A stretch of DNA of 64,000 nt from Octopus sinensis (taxonomy: Eukaryota). The stretch covers positions 1 to 64,000 of the forward strand of contig NW_021833457.1 in assembly GCF_006345805.1 (NCBI RefSeq). The letters run 5' to 3'. Shown piece by piece: positions 1 to 12,306 of the stretch. Position numbers and translations under genes: made by a program. How positions within the stretch are numbered: position 1 is the first letter of the stretch; every line of letters starts with the position of its first letter. The notes beneath the pieces are model-generated. The model was not told the DNA's origin, ran no database searches, and saw nothing but the letters and a program-made list of their open reading frames with translations.

Positions 1-42
1 CTTACCACTAAGTTTTGGAGAAATTAGTAATTTTTATAACCA

Positions 43-455
43 CAGAAGTAGCTGTGTAGTAAGTAGCTTGCTTACCAACCACATGGTTCTGGGTTAAGTC
101 CCACTGTGTGGCACCTTGGGCAAGTGTATTCTACTATAGCTTCAGGCTGACCAAACCTTGTGAGTGGATTCAGTAGATGGAAACTCAAAGAAGCCCATCG
201 TATATATATATATATATATATAAATATATGTATGTGTGTGTATATGTTTGTGTGTCTGTGTTTGTCTCCCCAGCATTGCTTGACGACCGATACTGGTGTG
301 TTTACATCCCCATAACTTAGAGGTTCAGCAAAAGCGACCAATAGTATAAGTACTAGGCTTACAAAGAATAAGTCCTGGGGTCGATTTGCTTGACTAAAGG
401 TGGTGCTCCAGCATGGCCACAGTCAAATGACTGAAACAAGTAAAAGAGTAAAAGA
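43..455 (+). mobile_element. tRNA-derived SINE (octopus-type family A)
   Basis: Head GCTGTGTAGTAAG...GGGTTAAGTCCC (A/B-box-like), central (TA)n/(TG)n, tail AAGTAAAAGAGTAAAAGA; aligns along its length with 35354-35766 (-) and 52207-52607 (+). Confidence 0.85.
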
Positions 456-1682
456 ATAATCTTAATTATTATTTAGAAATTGTAAGTTTTTTTGTTATTA
501 ACTCTGAAATTTGTCACCCCATTGAGCTAAAGGATGCAGCTTACTTATTTAGAAGTTAATTATACTATTACACTAGCACATGCTAAGAAGTAAACACTTA
601 CAAAATGGCCATTTATGAGGCTACACATTTGTGAATGGGCTGTCTTATGACCTTTTGATTTTGTCGTGGATACTTTTTCAGAAGTATGTAACTATTTGGG
701 GAAACTTCCAGTAATGATATTAGCACATTTTACTTTTTGCTGAGTTCTTTCTCCTTGTTTCATGTAGTTCATATAACATTATGCATATGTGTGTCTCTGC
801 CTCTTTCATAATTACTACATGTTTCCCTGAATTGCTTAGTTGCATCCCCTGCACATCCCTCTCTCCTTCTCTTGTTATTTCTACTTTATGTCTCATCACC
901 AACACAAGCTAACTCCTTTATCTAGCCCCTCCTACTAAATTTTTGTTGCCCATGTTAACTTACAGAACTTTTAACTAGATACCAAATCTATTTATCTAGT
1001 CAAAAGTTTTATGATGGTCATAGACACTGCACATTCTCCTGACTATACCAGCCATTACCTAGAATGTGGGTCTAATGACAAAATGGACTAAAACAATTGC
1101 TGCACATTACTATATTGAACTGGTATTTATTTGCAATAGCTAACATCATTTTAGACAATGTAGAATAAACTATTCAACCCAGAAACACAGCAAGGTGGAA
1201 GGAACAAATGACTCGAGAACAGTTATTCCTATCTGTTTGGCCCTCTTCTCAACATCTTTACTCATAGGATGAGATATCATGTTGGAGCTAGATGGTAGGA
1301 TACAATTCTAGTAGGAATTAAGGATAAAATCCGTTTCCACAATGATAAGTTTCAATTTTAGTGAAGAGATGTTATAAACTAGTATAATGAATGTTGTTAC
1401 TGAATATATGTTACATACACTAAACGATGATGATGATGATAAAGTTAAATTAAATTCAATAAAACAAGCCTATAGTCATATTCTTTTTATCATTTGAAAG
1501 TTAAATGATAAAGTTTTAATGTATTACAATTAAGTTACTATTCAAAATTTTATATTAACTAAGAAAGAACATTAGATATAAAGTTTGTCATGGAAAAGTT
1601 GTTTTGTATTTTTAATATCCAATTCTACTGTCTAAATTGTTAATAAATGACTGACAAATCAACAATGTCGTTTTTTTTACAG

Positions 1683-2021
1683 GACACTATATGTATGCAG
1701 AAGCTTCTTATGGAAATTACAATGAAACAACAAGCCTTAGGTTTCCAGTTTCAAAAGATGCCAAAGGGAGACAACTGAAATTTGATTACCACATGTATGG
1801 GAGTCATGTTGGTCAACTATATGTTGTATTTATCACTAGTCAATCTTCAAATGAAGAAATAGTTTGGATGATGAAAGGAAATAAAGGAGAATACTGGCTC
1901 AAAGCATGTGTACCTATTAAAAATGACATAAGTGAAATCATATTTGTAGCTGTAAAAGGATATTCATACCAAGGAGACATTGCAATAGACAATGTGGTAA
2001 TTGAAGAAAAAGGATGCCCTG
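1683..2021 (+). CDS. Internal exon of MAM/LDLa-domain protein; C-terminal two-thirds of MAM domain 1
   Basis: Polypyrimidine tract + AG at 1681-1682; GT donor at 2022 (GTAATA); phase 1/1. Translation (G)HYMYAEAS...QLKFDYHMYGSHVGQLYV...W..KGNKGEYWLKACV...FVAVKGYSYQGDIAIDNVVIEEKGCP matches the MAM consensus (GHYMY, F-x-YHMYG, W, GDIAID). Confidence 0.93.
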
Positions 2022-2399
2022 GTAATATTTTAAAATTTTATTTTTCATATGTAAAAAGGTTTGCTAAATTGGAAGTGTTTGTTTATATAACCATTATTGA
2101 CTTTATCACTGGGTAGATATAAATGAAGTGGTATTGCTCTAGCCTAAATAGTTAATTTCATCATTCTCACCACTCAGTAAAAAATCATTTTTGAATTGAC
2201 ATTTTGATGATATTTTCATCAGTAGGAAGGAAATAAATTTTGATATATCAAATATCTTTTTATTCTGAATTTCTGAGGAATTATTTATAAACTGATATGC
2301 CCAAACTAGTGTCTTTACTTTGCTTGTTATAGTTACAATGTTTCAGTTGTTGTACTTTGTGACTGTCTATGGGTGTCTATCATTTATGGTAACCTTCTT

Positions 2400-3825
2400 G
2401 GAATTTCAAACCAAACCTTTTATTCAGTCCTGAGAGATCGATTGTTCTCATTCTCTAACCATACCAGAGACATTTTCATATTAGCTGTTCTGCTTGTGAT
2501 GTCACTTGTCCCACTTGAACCAAATATTGTTTGACTGGCCTTGAATGCATATCTGCTAGCTAAACTACTACATATATGTGACATTTATTTGTCCCTTATA
2601 CTTACTATCCCTTTGTCACATAAAACAAATTTGTAATGGAAATCTAATTGTGTTTGTAGGTTTTATGTTCTTTCTTAATTAGTGGTATATAATATTCTTC
2701 TTTCTGCTCGGACTACTGATGCAGTTATCAAAGCTAAGCATATACACTGATTCCTTCCATCAACTTATGGTCCATGTTCCTTATCTATTATCTTGACTTT
2801 GTTCCACAACAGTTGGTAATTTAACTTTTCCCTGCCGTAATGATCAGTTATGCTTGATATTTTTATCTTCTCATATATTTCAGCTTTACAACATTTTCTT
2901 TTAGTGGACAGCTAGTATCAATTTTATATTCATGGAATAGGATAAACATAGTTATTTGTCATATTCCCTCCTAGTGAAGCCTTTGTACTGGACAGATGTC
3001 CCCAAAAAGAAACCTGCTTTTGAATGCTATCCTTATGTTATATGAACCACAGATCATCTGAAATTTTTTGTTTTGTTGATATGCCTTTAATGTTTAGTAG
3101 ACAGACATGGTAGTTTTTTACTGACATTCTCAACCCTTGTATCCCAACTTTTGGAAATTTAAGTTGTTACTCTGAAAATAGTTGTTACTCTGAAGAGTCT
3201 TTCTAATTTTGATTGAATCTTGTTGGCTGGATGACTACTGGACAACTGGATGAGCTTTGATCACTATAAACATGAAGGGAATCAAAATTCAAGAATTATC
3301 CAGTATACTTGGGCTTGCAACATATTGCGCAAGTCAATTGCACATCCAAGAAGGTAAGTTCATTGAAGGTCTTATTGAGTTCATATAGCTCAGCAGTACT
3401 TTCACTTCCTCCTGATAAGGCCAGAGATAGAAATTTCGTTAAGGTATTTTGTATAAGATCAGACTAGCATTCAAAAGCAAACCTATCCTTTAAGGACATC
3501 CCTCCAGAACAAAGCTTCCATTAGAAGAGATCATGACCAATAATTTTATGTATTTCATGCCATGCAGGGGTTGTAGCATATATAAATTTCTTTAAAAATA
3601 AGGCTAGATGAACACCAAAAAGCTATAATGCATAGAGGAACAGAATATGTAATTGATCATTTGTATAGTGAAATGATAATTGACAGAAATGACACTGGAA
3701 GGTACGATAACAGAAAGAATCAGTGCATATGCTGGTCTTTGATAATCTCTTCAGTAGGCCTATCATAGAGTTGGGTATTATATGAAAGCCTTTGATTAAG
3801 AAGGAGCATTAAAGCTTATAACTAT
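2400..3825 (-). mobile_element. Old degenerate Penelope-like element fragment with inverted copy of its 3' part
   Basis: Minus-strand interrupted translation gives RT/thumb motifs (VLLSYMNSIRPS, TFLDV, KPKYTG-FLNFDS-H at ~3270-3410) and linker/GIY-YIG start (IKGIS...SYNIRIAFKS...HLSSTK...NYVYPIP at ~2930-3100). 2660-3066 is a diverged inverted repeat of 3431-3825. Outer boundaries approximate. Confidence 0.62.
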
Positions 3826-4183
3826 AAAAGAAAAGTTATGTTTAAAATTTCTTATTTCCATGATATAATTTTCCTACGGGTTAAGTGTCAAGCAATAATG
3901 TAGTACTTTAGAAGTGAAACAAGCAAGTAACATTACATGCAGGAAAATAACTAGCAAGAGAATATCCCTATTGACAATGGAATGTGAATAATCTACCCCC
4001 ATATATTTGATAAAGTGTTCAGTTTGAAATTTCAAGAATATTACTAAATATGACAAGTACTTGAGGAAGGTCAGAGAAACAATGGCTGAAACATTATATC
4101 ACTGCATAACTACATTGTCTGCCCTGAAATCTGTTACTAACTCTAAGTATGAACAATTCAAGAAGGTAATCAGAGAGCTAATC

Positions 4184-5300
4184 ATCATCATCATCATTGT
4201 TTAACGTCCATTTTACATGCTAGCATGGGTTGGGCAGTTTGACCGGGGTCTGGGAAGCCAGGAGGCTTCACCAGGCTCCAGTCTGATCTGGCAGTGTTTC
4301 TACAGCTGGATGCCCTTCCTAACGCCAACCACTACGTGAGTGTAGTGGGTGCTTTTTATGTGCCACCGGCACAAGGGCCAGAGGAGGCTGGCAAACGGCC
4401 ACAATCGGTTGATGCTTTTTACATACCACCAGCACGGAAGCCTGCCAAGGCAGTGCTGGCATTGGCCACGTTCAGATGGTGCTTTTTATGTGCCACCAGT
4501 ACGGGTATCACAACTACAATTTCCATTTGATTTTTATTTTGATGCTGATGTACTTGACTCAATAGGTCTCCTCAAGCACAGCAGATCACCCTACGATCCA
4601 AGGTACTTTTGAATGGGCTGGGGCTGGTTATGCGAAACTGGTGTAAGATACAGCCATGAACTCACTTTATTTGCCAGGTCTTCACAGACACAGCATATCT
4701 CCAGAGGTCTTGGTCTTTCGTCATTGCCTCTGTGAGGCCCAACGTTCGAAGGTCATGCTTGACCACCTTATCCCATGTCTTCCTGGGTCTACCTCTACTC
4801 TGGATTTCTTTGACTGTTTGGAAGTGGCATTTCTTCACACATCTCTCTACATCCATCCATAGTACATGACCATGCCAGCACAAACGTCTCTCTTACATGC
4901 CACATCCAATGCTTCTTATGTCCAACATTTCTCTCAGAGTGCTTATACTCTGCCGCGTGTGCACATTGACATTACACATCCGGTGGATCATATTAGCTTC
5001 ATTTCTTTCGAGCCTATGCATGTCCTCCGCAGTCACAGTCCATGTTTCACAGCTGTGAAACATGGCAGTTTGCACTCAGGCATCATACAGTCTACCTTTC
5101 ACTCTGAGTGAGAGGCTCTTTGTTACCAGCAGAGGTAGGAGCTCTCTGAACTTTGCCCAGGCTATTCTTATTCTAATGGTAACACTCTCTGAGCATCCAC
5201 CCCCACTACTAACTTGGTCACCTAGGTAGTGGAAGCTATCAACTACTTCTAGTTTCTTCCCCTGGAGTGGGATGGAATCTGTTTTCTGAGCATCTGTGGT
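4184..5300 (-). mobile_element. RTE-clade LINE, 5'-truncated 3' fragment
   Basis: (CAT)n tail at 4184-4197 on +; minus-strand RT C-terminus (AMFHSCETWTV..EDMHRLERNEA, GRPRKTWDKVVKHDL); shared with copies at 28330-31908, 38935-39800 and 62480-63714. Confidence 0.85.
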
Positions 5301-6765
5301 GTTTATCGCCCCTAATCCAGGATAAACTTAGGATGTTTTAAATTGATTTTTTCCCTCAACTTAGAAAAAAATCTCAGCACATCTCATAACTTTTATTCCT
5401 TCAGCAAAAGCAGAATCTCACTTTACAAACCAAATTTGGTATAAATGTTTATATCTTCAACATGAAAGTCTTAGAAATTTAATATTCTCAAAGTATCTTA
5501 AAGAGCCTAAAGTTTTTCCTAATTCAGCTAGAATCATTTATTTTCACTTAACAGTATGGATGTAGTATCTTCAAAATACTACTCTCTTCCCTGGAGTATT
5601 ATACTCATTCATTGATTACTTTATTAGTCCACATACAGACACTGGTCAACCTTCTGTATTCAGTTACACAGTGATAGCAAAATAGTTGAAAATATTGAAA
5701 ACCTGCAGATGAAGAGACTCAACCAATTTGTGTTCAGCTCAAATCCTCCTGTATGTGATTTAGGTTTCATCAGACTGTCTCACTCAAAATATACATGTAA
5801 TGGAAATTTTTAAGTGGGGCCCTTAATAATCCAATGGATTGTGGGATTCCCAGCTACCTGGCTTTCAATGTAACTAGCTATGGTGAATTAAATATCCAGG
5901 ATAACATCATAAATTGCAAGTTTTAACCATGTAAACTGTAGAAACAAAACATTCCCCTGTTTTCTTCCTTAAGTAGGCATGGTACCTAAATTGGGGCAGT
6001 CATGAAAGTTGCTAAGACTATATTCTTCTTCCTAACAAAGATATCAGGGTCAGAAAAAGGAAACAGCAACAATCAAAATTGAAATAGACTGGGATCCCAA
6101 CAGAAAAGTTATTTGTACTCTAGCTACCCTTTTTTGTAGAACAATATACTCTTTTTAAGGTAAAAAGGATATTGTCAATTAATTTTAATCTAGGATATTA
6201 CCAGTACTTATTTCTTGATCGTTGAAGGATAAATAGCTAATCCTACCATAAAGAATTTGAACTCAGTACCATAGATTGGATTGGATGTGTTACTCTGAAT
6301 TGTTTGTTTACCTACCTCATCCAACACATCTCTCTCTCCTTTTCTACTGTATCAACTACCGCTCAGGTTCCAGAATTAATACTTTGACTGAGCTATCTTC
6401 ACTAGAGCACAAACCTTTGAGAATTTTCTCCTTGCCTGCATTATTCTGCAAGCTTTGACTTGGAGACGCTCAAGCTCAATGAATGTTAAGAATTTAATCC
6501 TACTTACCTGAGAAGGACTACAAATATTATGGCCACATCCTTCTATGTGTTGGTCTACCCACCAACACATATGTATGCATACTAGACACCAGAAAACAGC
6601 TTGCCTCTGCAATCTGTGTAGCTTTTACTTAATTTTATTAACTGATATTCAAATTTTATTAATTGACATTCAAAATTTAAATTTCAGTATGTTAAACATA
6701 AAAAATGACTTACCTTTTATTACCATTTTTTTAATCGAAATCAAATTCGATGACTGGTATCCGTG

Positions 6766-7200
6766 CTAGAGTACTATACGAGCGTGATCGTTACCAGAGC
6801 AACAAACTGGCCTCCGTGCCAATGGCATGTAAAAGCACCATTCGAGCGTGATCGTTACCTACGTCGCCTTACTGGCACTTGTGCCGGTGGCATGTGAAAA
6901 AACATTAAAATGAGGTCATTGCCAGTGCCGCTGGACTGGCTCCTGTGCAGTTGGCACATAAAAAGCACTATTTGAGCATAGCCGCGGCCAGTACCACCTC
7001 ACTGGCCCTCGTGCCAGTGACATGTAAAAGCACCACTACACTCTCGGAGTGGTTGGCATTAAGAAGGGCACCCAGCCGTAGAAACTCTGCAAAATTGGAT
7101 TGGAGTCTGGTGAGCCATCTGGTGAGCCAGACCTCAGTCAAATTGTCCAACCCATGCTAGCATGGAAAGCGGACGTTAAACGATGATGATGATGATGATG
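6766..7200 (+). mobile_element. RTE-clade LINE 3' UTR fragment
   Basis: Same 3' UTR as other copies (GGCA..TAAAAAGCAC units, AGAAGGGCACCCAGCCGTAGAAAC, CATGCTAGCATGGAAAGCGGACGTTAAAC) ending in (GAT)n at 7182-7200. Confidence 0.8.
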
Positions 7201-7265
7201 ACAGAGACATTATAAAATTGAATTGGAAGTATAAAGAGAACCACTCCTTTTCTCTTTTCACAACC

Positions 7266-7940
7266 TCTATCTATAAAGCTGAAATGCGAAAAGTTTGTCT
7301 GGTTTTGCGATTGGAACGGGTTAAATGGGGTCGGGTTGGCTCCAAAATTTACAGGAACATGTAAAAAGTGGCGAGGAAGAGAGTGGACTTGGTTAGAAAT
7401 CCCTATCTCAAAAGTTGTGGTTACTAGGGCAAGAAAACCCACACTTTGACAAGTGTTTTTCGTTTCTCCCTTTCGTATAATACCCTTTCTTCCTCAATCT
7501 CTCTTTCCTCCCTTCCCTACACTGTCTCTCTATAACGACGTTTGACAGCGTCCACTCTCTTTCCCTCTCCACTTTCGCCGGCTCTGTCACTCTTTCTCGC
7601 AACGCCTCTCTCTCTCTTTCTCTCTCTCTCTCTCTACGTCTGTCTGCATTCATAGAGAGAAAGCGTTAACAGTCGCAAAAGTTTTAATATTTCCGCTACA
7701 TGTCTTTTACAACGGTGAATTATTATCGCGCACCACCACCACACAATCATGAGAACAAATATTATGAATCATATATTTATTGGCTTAATTTATATGTGTG
7801 TGGGTGTGTGTGTGCATATCTATATATAAATATGTATATATATGTATATATATACAAAGTGTATATAACTGTATTTACATATATATAATTTGTATACATT
7901 TGTATATATATATATAATGCGTACACACACATACGCACAA

Positions 7941-7988
<48 letters not shown>

Positions 7989-8483
7989 ATTATGTGGTTA
8001 GATTGAGCTAAAAATATGCACACTTATGTCAAAAGTGATTGCGAGTTTGAATGGCAACTATTTTTTTCCTCAAAGGAAAGGCGTGACCTCTAGGACAAAA
8101 TTCCTCATCTTTTAAAATGTGGTCCGAGTAGACCCGAATGAAATCGGGTTATATTAACCAAGCAAGTAAAACAATGAAAAACTATGCCATTTTAATCCCA
8201 AGCAAGGCCGGGTATCTCTGTAAGTTTACTACATATTTGAGAAAAGGGCGGACGTTGTCTCACAAGCAGTTATACAGGCAAAAGTGTTAGTAAATATGGT
8301 CGAATTGAGCTGAAAATGCCAGCTTTGAGTTTGCTCAATTGAAAGGTGTGGCCTCTAGGAAAAAATTCTTCATCTTTTAAAATGTGGCCCGCGTAGACCC
8401 GAATGAAATCGGGTTATAATACCGAAACAAATAAAACAATGATAAACTATTTTAATCCCGAGCAAGACCGGGTTTCTCTGCTA
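7266..8483 (+). mobile_element. Non-autonomous Helitron-like element with duplicated 3' region
   Basis: 5' TCTATCTATAAAGCTGAA and 3' CCGAGCAAGACCGGGTTTCTCTGCTA match the termini of the minus-strand copy at 32283-32652; ~140-bp subterminal block repeated (8076-8220 and 8341-8480). Superfamily assignment inferred from TC...hairpin...CTAG termini only. Confidence 0.55.
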
Positions 8484-9240
8484 TCTATATATATAAATAA
8501 GGCTTTGGGTCAAAACTGTGTGCACATTTTGCTACGTCAGATGTTGGAGGCCTGACCAGTGGTCGAATCGAGCTGAAAATTGACACAGGCATAGAAGGTG
8601 TGATGAGGCAGAGAGTTGAGTAGGTTATAACTCGCCATCTGGAAAGATGCAGTTGCTATAGTGAGAAGAGTGATTTTTTATCGATTCAAGGGGACTCTAA
8701 GCCCCGCCAGATTGGCGCGATTGGCATCTAATATCTAATCTATAAAATGAAGAAGGCAAACGTTGATACAAATTGGACTTTTATGTAAAAAGGGGTCTAA
8801 ATGCGGCTGGAAGGGGATTAAAATTTACAGGAGGGGGTAACTTGTGGTGAGAAATTGATTGGGAGACGTTTTGGGGCGCTACAGTGGATGCTTTGGTGTG
8901 AAAACTGGGATTTTATTGATTTGGGGGAACACTTGGGGTCCAGATCGGACACCTTTTGCCCGATTTCAATCAACTTTTCAACATGGTAAAGTGGAAGCGG
9001 ATTTGTAATTTAAACGCGGAAATCTAATTTTTTTATAAATGGGAGAGAGATAGATAGAGAAAAATAAATATTAAGAGAAAGCGAGGGAGAGTCTGAGAGA
9101 AAGGAAGAGTAAGAGAGTGGGAAAGTGAGAAAGGAGAGAGAAACAAAGAGGGAGAATGTGGCGATAAGAAACAGAAAGGAAGCAACAGAAAGTAACAACC
9201 ACACACTCAACCGCGCGTAGAGTGGGTCAACTTAATCTAG
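8484..9240 (+). mobile_element. Second Helitron-like element, head-to-tail with the previous one
   Basis: Begins TCTATATATATAAA; ends with degenerate hairpin CCGCGCGTAGAGTGGG followed by CTAG (9237-9240) and T. Confidence 0.5.
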
Positions 9241-9385
9241 TATATTATATATTTTGTTTTAAATATTTCAGTACTAGCAAAAGAAACTTTCATAGAAATT
9301 TATGTTTTGAAATCCCCAAAATTCGGTTCTTCAAATTATGGTGCATTAACTTTCACTTATGTGTAATTTTTCTATATTGTTGCAG

Positions 9386-9487
9386 GTCCCTTTGATTGCG
9401 ACTTTCAAAATGGAATCTGCAAATATAGCATTGCCTCTTATTACGGTTTTGGATGGTATATTCGGCATGACTATTCATACGAAAGTA
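9386..9487 (+). CDS. Internal exon; N-terminal part of MAM domain 2
   Basis: TTGCAG acceptor (AG 9384-9385), GTAAGT donor at 9488, 102 nt, phase 1/1. Reads (G)[33 protein letters not shown], containing the MAM CDF-x3-C...W opening motif, in frame with flanking exons. Confidence 0.88.
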
Positions 9488-9547
9488 GTAAGTTTTGTTT
9501 TTATCTTTATCCTCCAAACTATGTTTATATGTGAATGAAACCATAAA

Positions 9548-9570
9548 TACAATATATATATACATATATG

Positions 9571-9604
<34 letters not shown>

Positions 9605-9756
9605 TGTATGTATGTATGTATGTATGTATGTATGTATATATATATATGTATATATGTATATGTATATAAGTATATATGGCTATGTATATATGTATATATA
9701 TATGTATATATATTTATATGTATATGTGTATATATATGTATGTATATATATATATT

Positions 9757-9803
<47 letters not shown>

Positions 9804-9808
9804 ATATG
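9548..9808. repeat. (TATG)n/(TA)n microsatellite
   Basis: Direct inspection; begins ~60 nt after the exon donor at 9488. Confidence 0.95.
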
Positions 9809-9809
9809 T

Positions 9810-10693
9810 TCGCCAGAGGCCGTTTGGTAAACGGGCTTTTACAGACTGCTTTTCGATGTCCCCATTGGCGGCGTCATACGTTTCTTACATATAAATGATA
9901 CCTAAGACAATTAACACCTTGATATCCTAATAAAAGAAAAATTTTTGAAAAAATTTTTTGGAAAAATAATCTCTGAATAAATTTTGCAAGCGGAAATTAC
10001 TCCCCTTGGGCGATTGGTCGGTTTTTTAGAAGCAAGGGCAGGAATTATACCCCCCTGATTTTTGCCGAGGTTAATTTAGACAAGAAGGCCACTGACGGAC
10101 ACACGAACACAGAATTATTTCAGCCGCCTGACCGGCTTCTTTCAGTAGTGCTCACAATCTCGCGCCCCTCGCCACCATACGGCCACGCATACATAGGCTA
10201 GCATACACACACAGGCATGTAGGTAGGTAGTTTCTCGCACCTAAATAAGACACCCTGAATTCTTAAAATATTCAGAGCATCAACTTTGGTTACACAGAAT
10301 ATCTTCACACCCCTTGTTTTCATTATTTCCTCACCTACCAGATTTGACCGCGGCCTGACCTTGATTTATTCCAACGGACTTTTTTGTCGGCCTCTACCAA
10401 CGTACATTGAGAAACAGTTTAACCCACTTCATGGGCTCCTAGGGAGCGTTCTTGTTCGAGTTGCTTGCTGCGCTTTTGTTTTGTTTGGACATCGTAATTC
10501 CTGGATTTTCCTGAAGAGAAAGATGCAATATGGTATCCTTATTCAATCAGAATTTGGAAATTTGTGGCCTTTGAAACATGTGTAGAATGTAATAAAAGGA
10601 ATTCTGTAGAATCTTCGTTCAGCTCCATTTCTTCCATTCACTAATTATATTAAACTTCAATTATCCGCGCCAACGCACGGTTGCAACACCCTA
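9810..10693 (+). mobile_element. Possible Helitron-like element (3' terminus recognisable)
   Basis: Hairpin CCGCGC-CAAC-GCACGG at 10665-10680 followed about 10 nt later by CCTA; GC-richer than flanks. 5' boundary only inferred from the end of the microsatellite. Confidence 0.35.
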
Positions 10694-10810
10694 TGGTCAT
10701 AACTCCAACCGTGTTTTTTCTGCTGTGATTTTTGCTACCCAGGTATCGGTTAAACTTTTGAATAATCCGTAACAAGATAATTCATCTTTCCATTTCAACA
10801 AACATATATA

Positions 10811-11042
10811 TTTGTTTGTTTTTGTTTTTGTTTTTTCCAGTTTCAGCTCTTGAGCTGTGGCCATGCTGGGGCACCGCCATTGTGGTGAAAGAGTACAGCA
10901 GGGATCACCACCCCCTGCCGGAGCCTCGTAGAGCTTTTAGGTGTTTTCGCTCAATAAACACACACAACGCCCAGTCTGAGAATCGAAACCGCGATCCTGC
11001 GACCGCGAGTCCGCTGCCCTAACCACTAGGCCATTGCGCCTC
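10811..11042 (-). mobile_element. tRNA-derived SINE (family B)
   Basis: Minus strand begins GAGGCGCAATGGCCTAGTGGTTAGGGCAGCGG (A box)...GCGGTTTCGATTC (B box), followed by a non-tRNA body and (AAAAAC)n tail; no acceptor stem/CCA. Confidence 0.75.
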
Positions 11043-11087
<45 letters not shown>

Positions 11088-11163
11088 ATATTATATATAT
11101 ATATATGTATGTATATATGTATATATATATGTATGTATATATGTATGTATACATGTCTATATA

Positions 11164-11202
<39 letters not shown>

Positions 11203-11419
11203 TATATATATATATGAAAATATATATGTATATATATAGATAAGAAAGTTGGTTTGTGAAAGCACGTGGGTGAATATATAAAAAATAGTAAAGAGTGAAA
11301 AAACGACAGAAGGCTTAAATGTTAAAAAATATATATATTTGCGTCAATATGTCTGAAGAATATTAGAAAATTTTTTAAACAATTTTTTTTTTTTTTCCTT
11401 TATAATGACATAATTTTTA

Positions 11420-11458
11420 AAGAAAGACCGGTTTCGCATTTAGCTTTTCAAATTTCTT
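11420..11458 (-). ncRNA. Identical hammerhead-like motif in the inverted pseudo-LTR copy
   Basis: Exact reverse complement of 12268-12306. Confidence 0.5.
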
Positions 11459-12267
11459 GTGACGTTATGTTTATGTTTAATAGAGTTATCCTTGTGTTTA
11501 AGCTCCGGAGAGTTCTAAACAAGGGAAGGTAGTGGGTGATTTCTTCCGGTGTAAGGGAGATAATCGCTTAAAAATTTTTTTCGTTTCTCTTAATGTGAAT
11601 TTCTCTGTACCATACACCAAATCATTAAAAGCTACAAACAGCCTAAATCACTTAAAAAGATTCTCACAAAGGCAAAATTGTCTTCTGAAATTAGGGATGC
11701 AAAAGTAAAAAAATGTGGTAGATCGAACTGTGCAACATGTCCTAACCTGCTAGAAGGATCAGAATTCCTCTTTAAAGAGGGACAGAAATTCAAGATCAAA
11801 TCTAACTTTACTTGTGCCTCTGAAAACATAATTTATGTCATAAAATGCTCGGGCTGCCACCAAGACTACGTGGGTTCCACGGGACTATCACTCAGACGTA
11901 GATGCACACTGCATCGACAACAGATTGCATTCCCAGAATATAGAATGATACCTTTTAGTGAGCACATTGAGAAATGCGCAAAGCAACTACTACCACAATT
12001 TTTAATCTTTCCATTTTACCAATGTGCTTTCGGATCATCAACACAAATTAGACTAAACAAGGAAACATTCTTCATTGAAAAGTACAAGCCCAGACTCAAC
12101 CATCCGAACATACTGGTACAGAGAAATTCACATTAAGGGAAAGGAAAAAAATTTTTAAGCGATTATCTCCCTTACACCGGAAGAAATCATCCACTACCTT
12201 CCCTTGTTTAGAACTCTCCGGAGCCTAAACACAAGGATAACTCTATTAAACATAAACATAACGTCAC

Positions 12268-12306
12268 AAGAAATTTGAAAAGCTAAATGCGAAACCGGTC
12301 TTTCTT
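12268..12306 (+). ncRNA. Putative minimal type I hammerhead ribozyme, U3-A8 core variant, in PLE pseudo-LTR
   Basis: AAGAAA-T-TTGAAAA-GC(TAAAT)GC-GAAA-CCGG-TC-TTTCTT: stem I AAGAAA/TTTCTT, 2-bp stem II, palindromic stem III ACCGGT, GUC cleavage triplet. One extra U between stem I and the core; activity untested. Confidence 0.5.

Noticed and set aside
460-1680. Upstream exon for the first part of MAM1
   Set aside because: No C-x-F...W segment with suitable splice sites found; it probably lies before the window.
2430-2520. Fossil hammerhead downstream of the old PLE (GAAAATGTCTC on minus strand)
   Set aside because: Too degenerate; no CUGANGA core or pairing stems.
9495-9898. ORFs rich in Y/I/M/C/V (also 7820-8023, 11026-11265, 12443-12868, 13073-13333, 16317-16639, 23445-23905, 40657-41094)
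   Set aside because: Translations of microsatellites.
10960-11042. tRNA gene (also 24086-24140 and 34755-34815)
   Set aside because: A/B boxes are present but there is no acceptor stem, and each continues into a repeat body: SINE heads.
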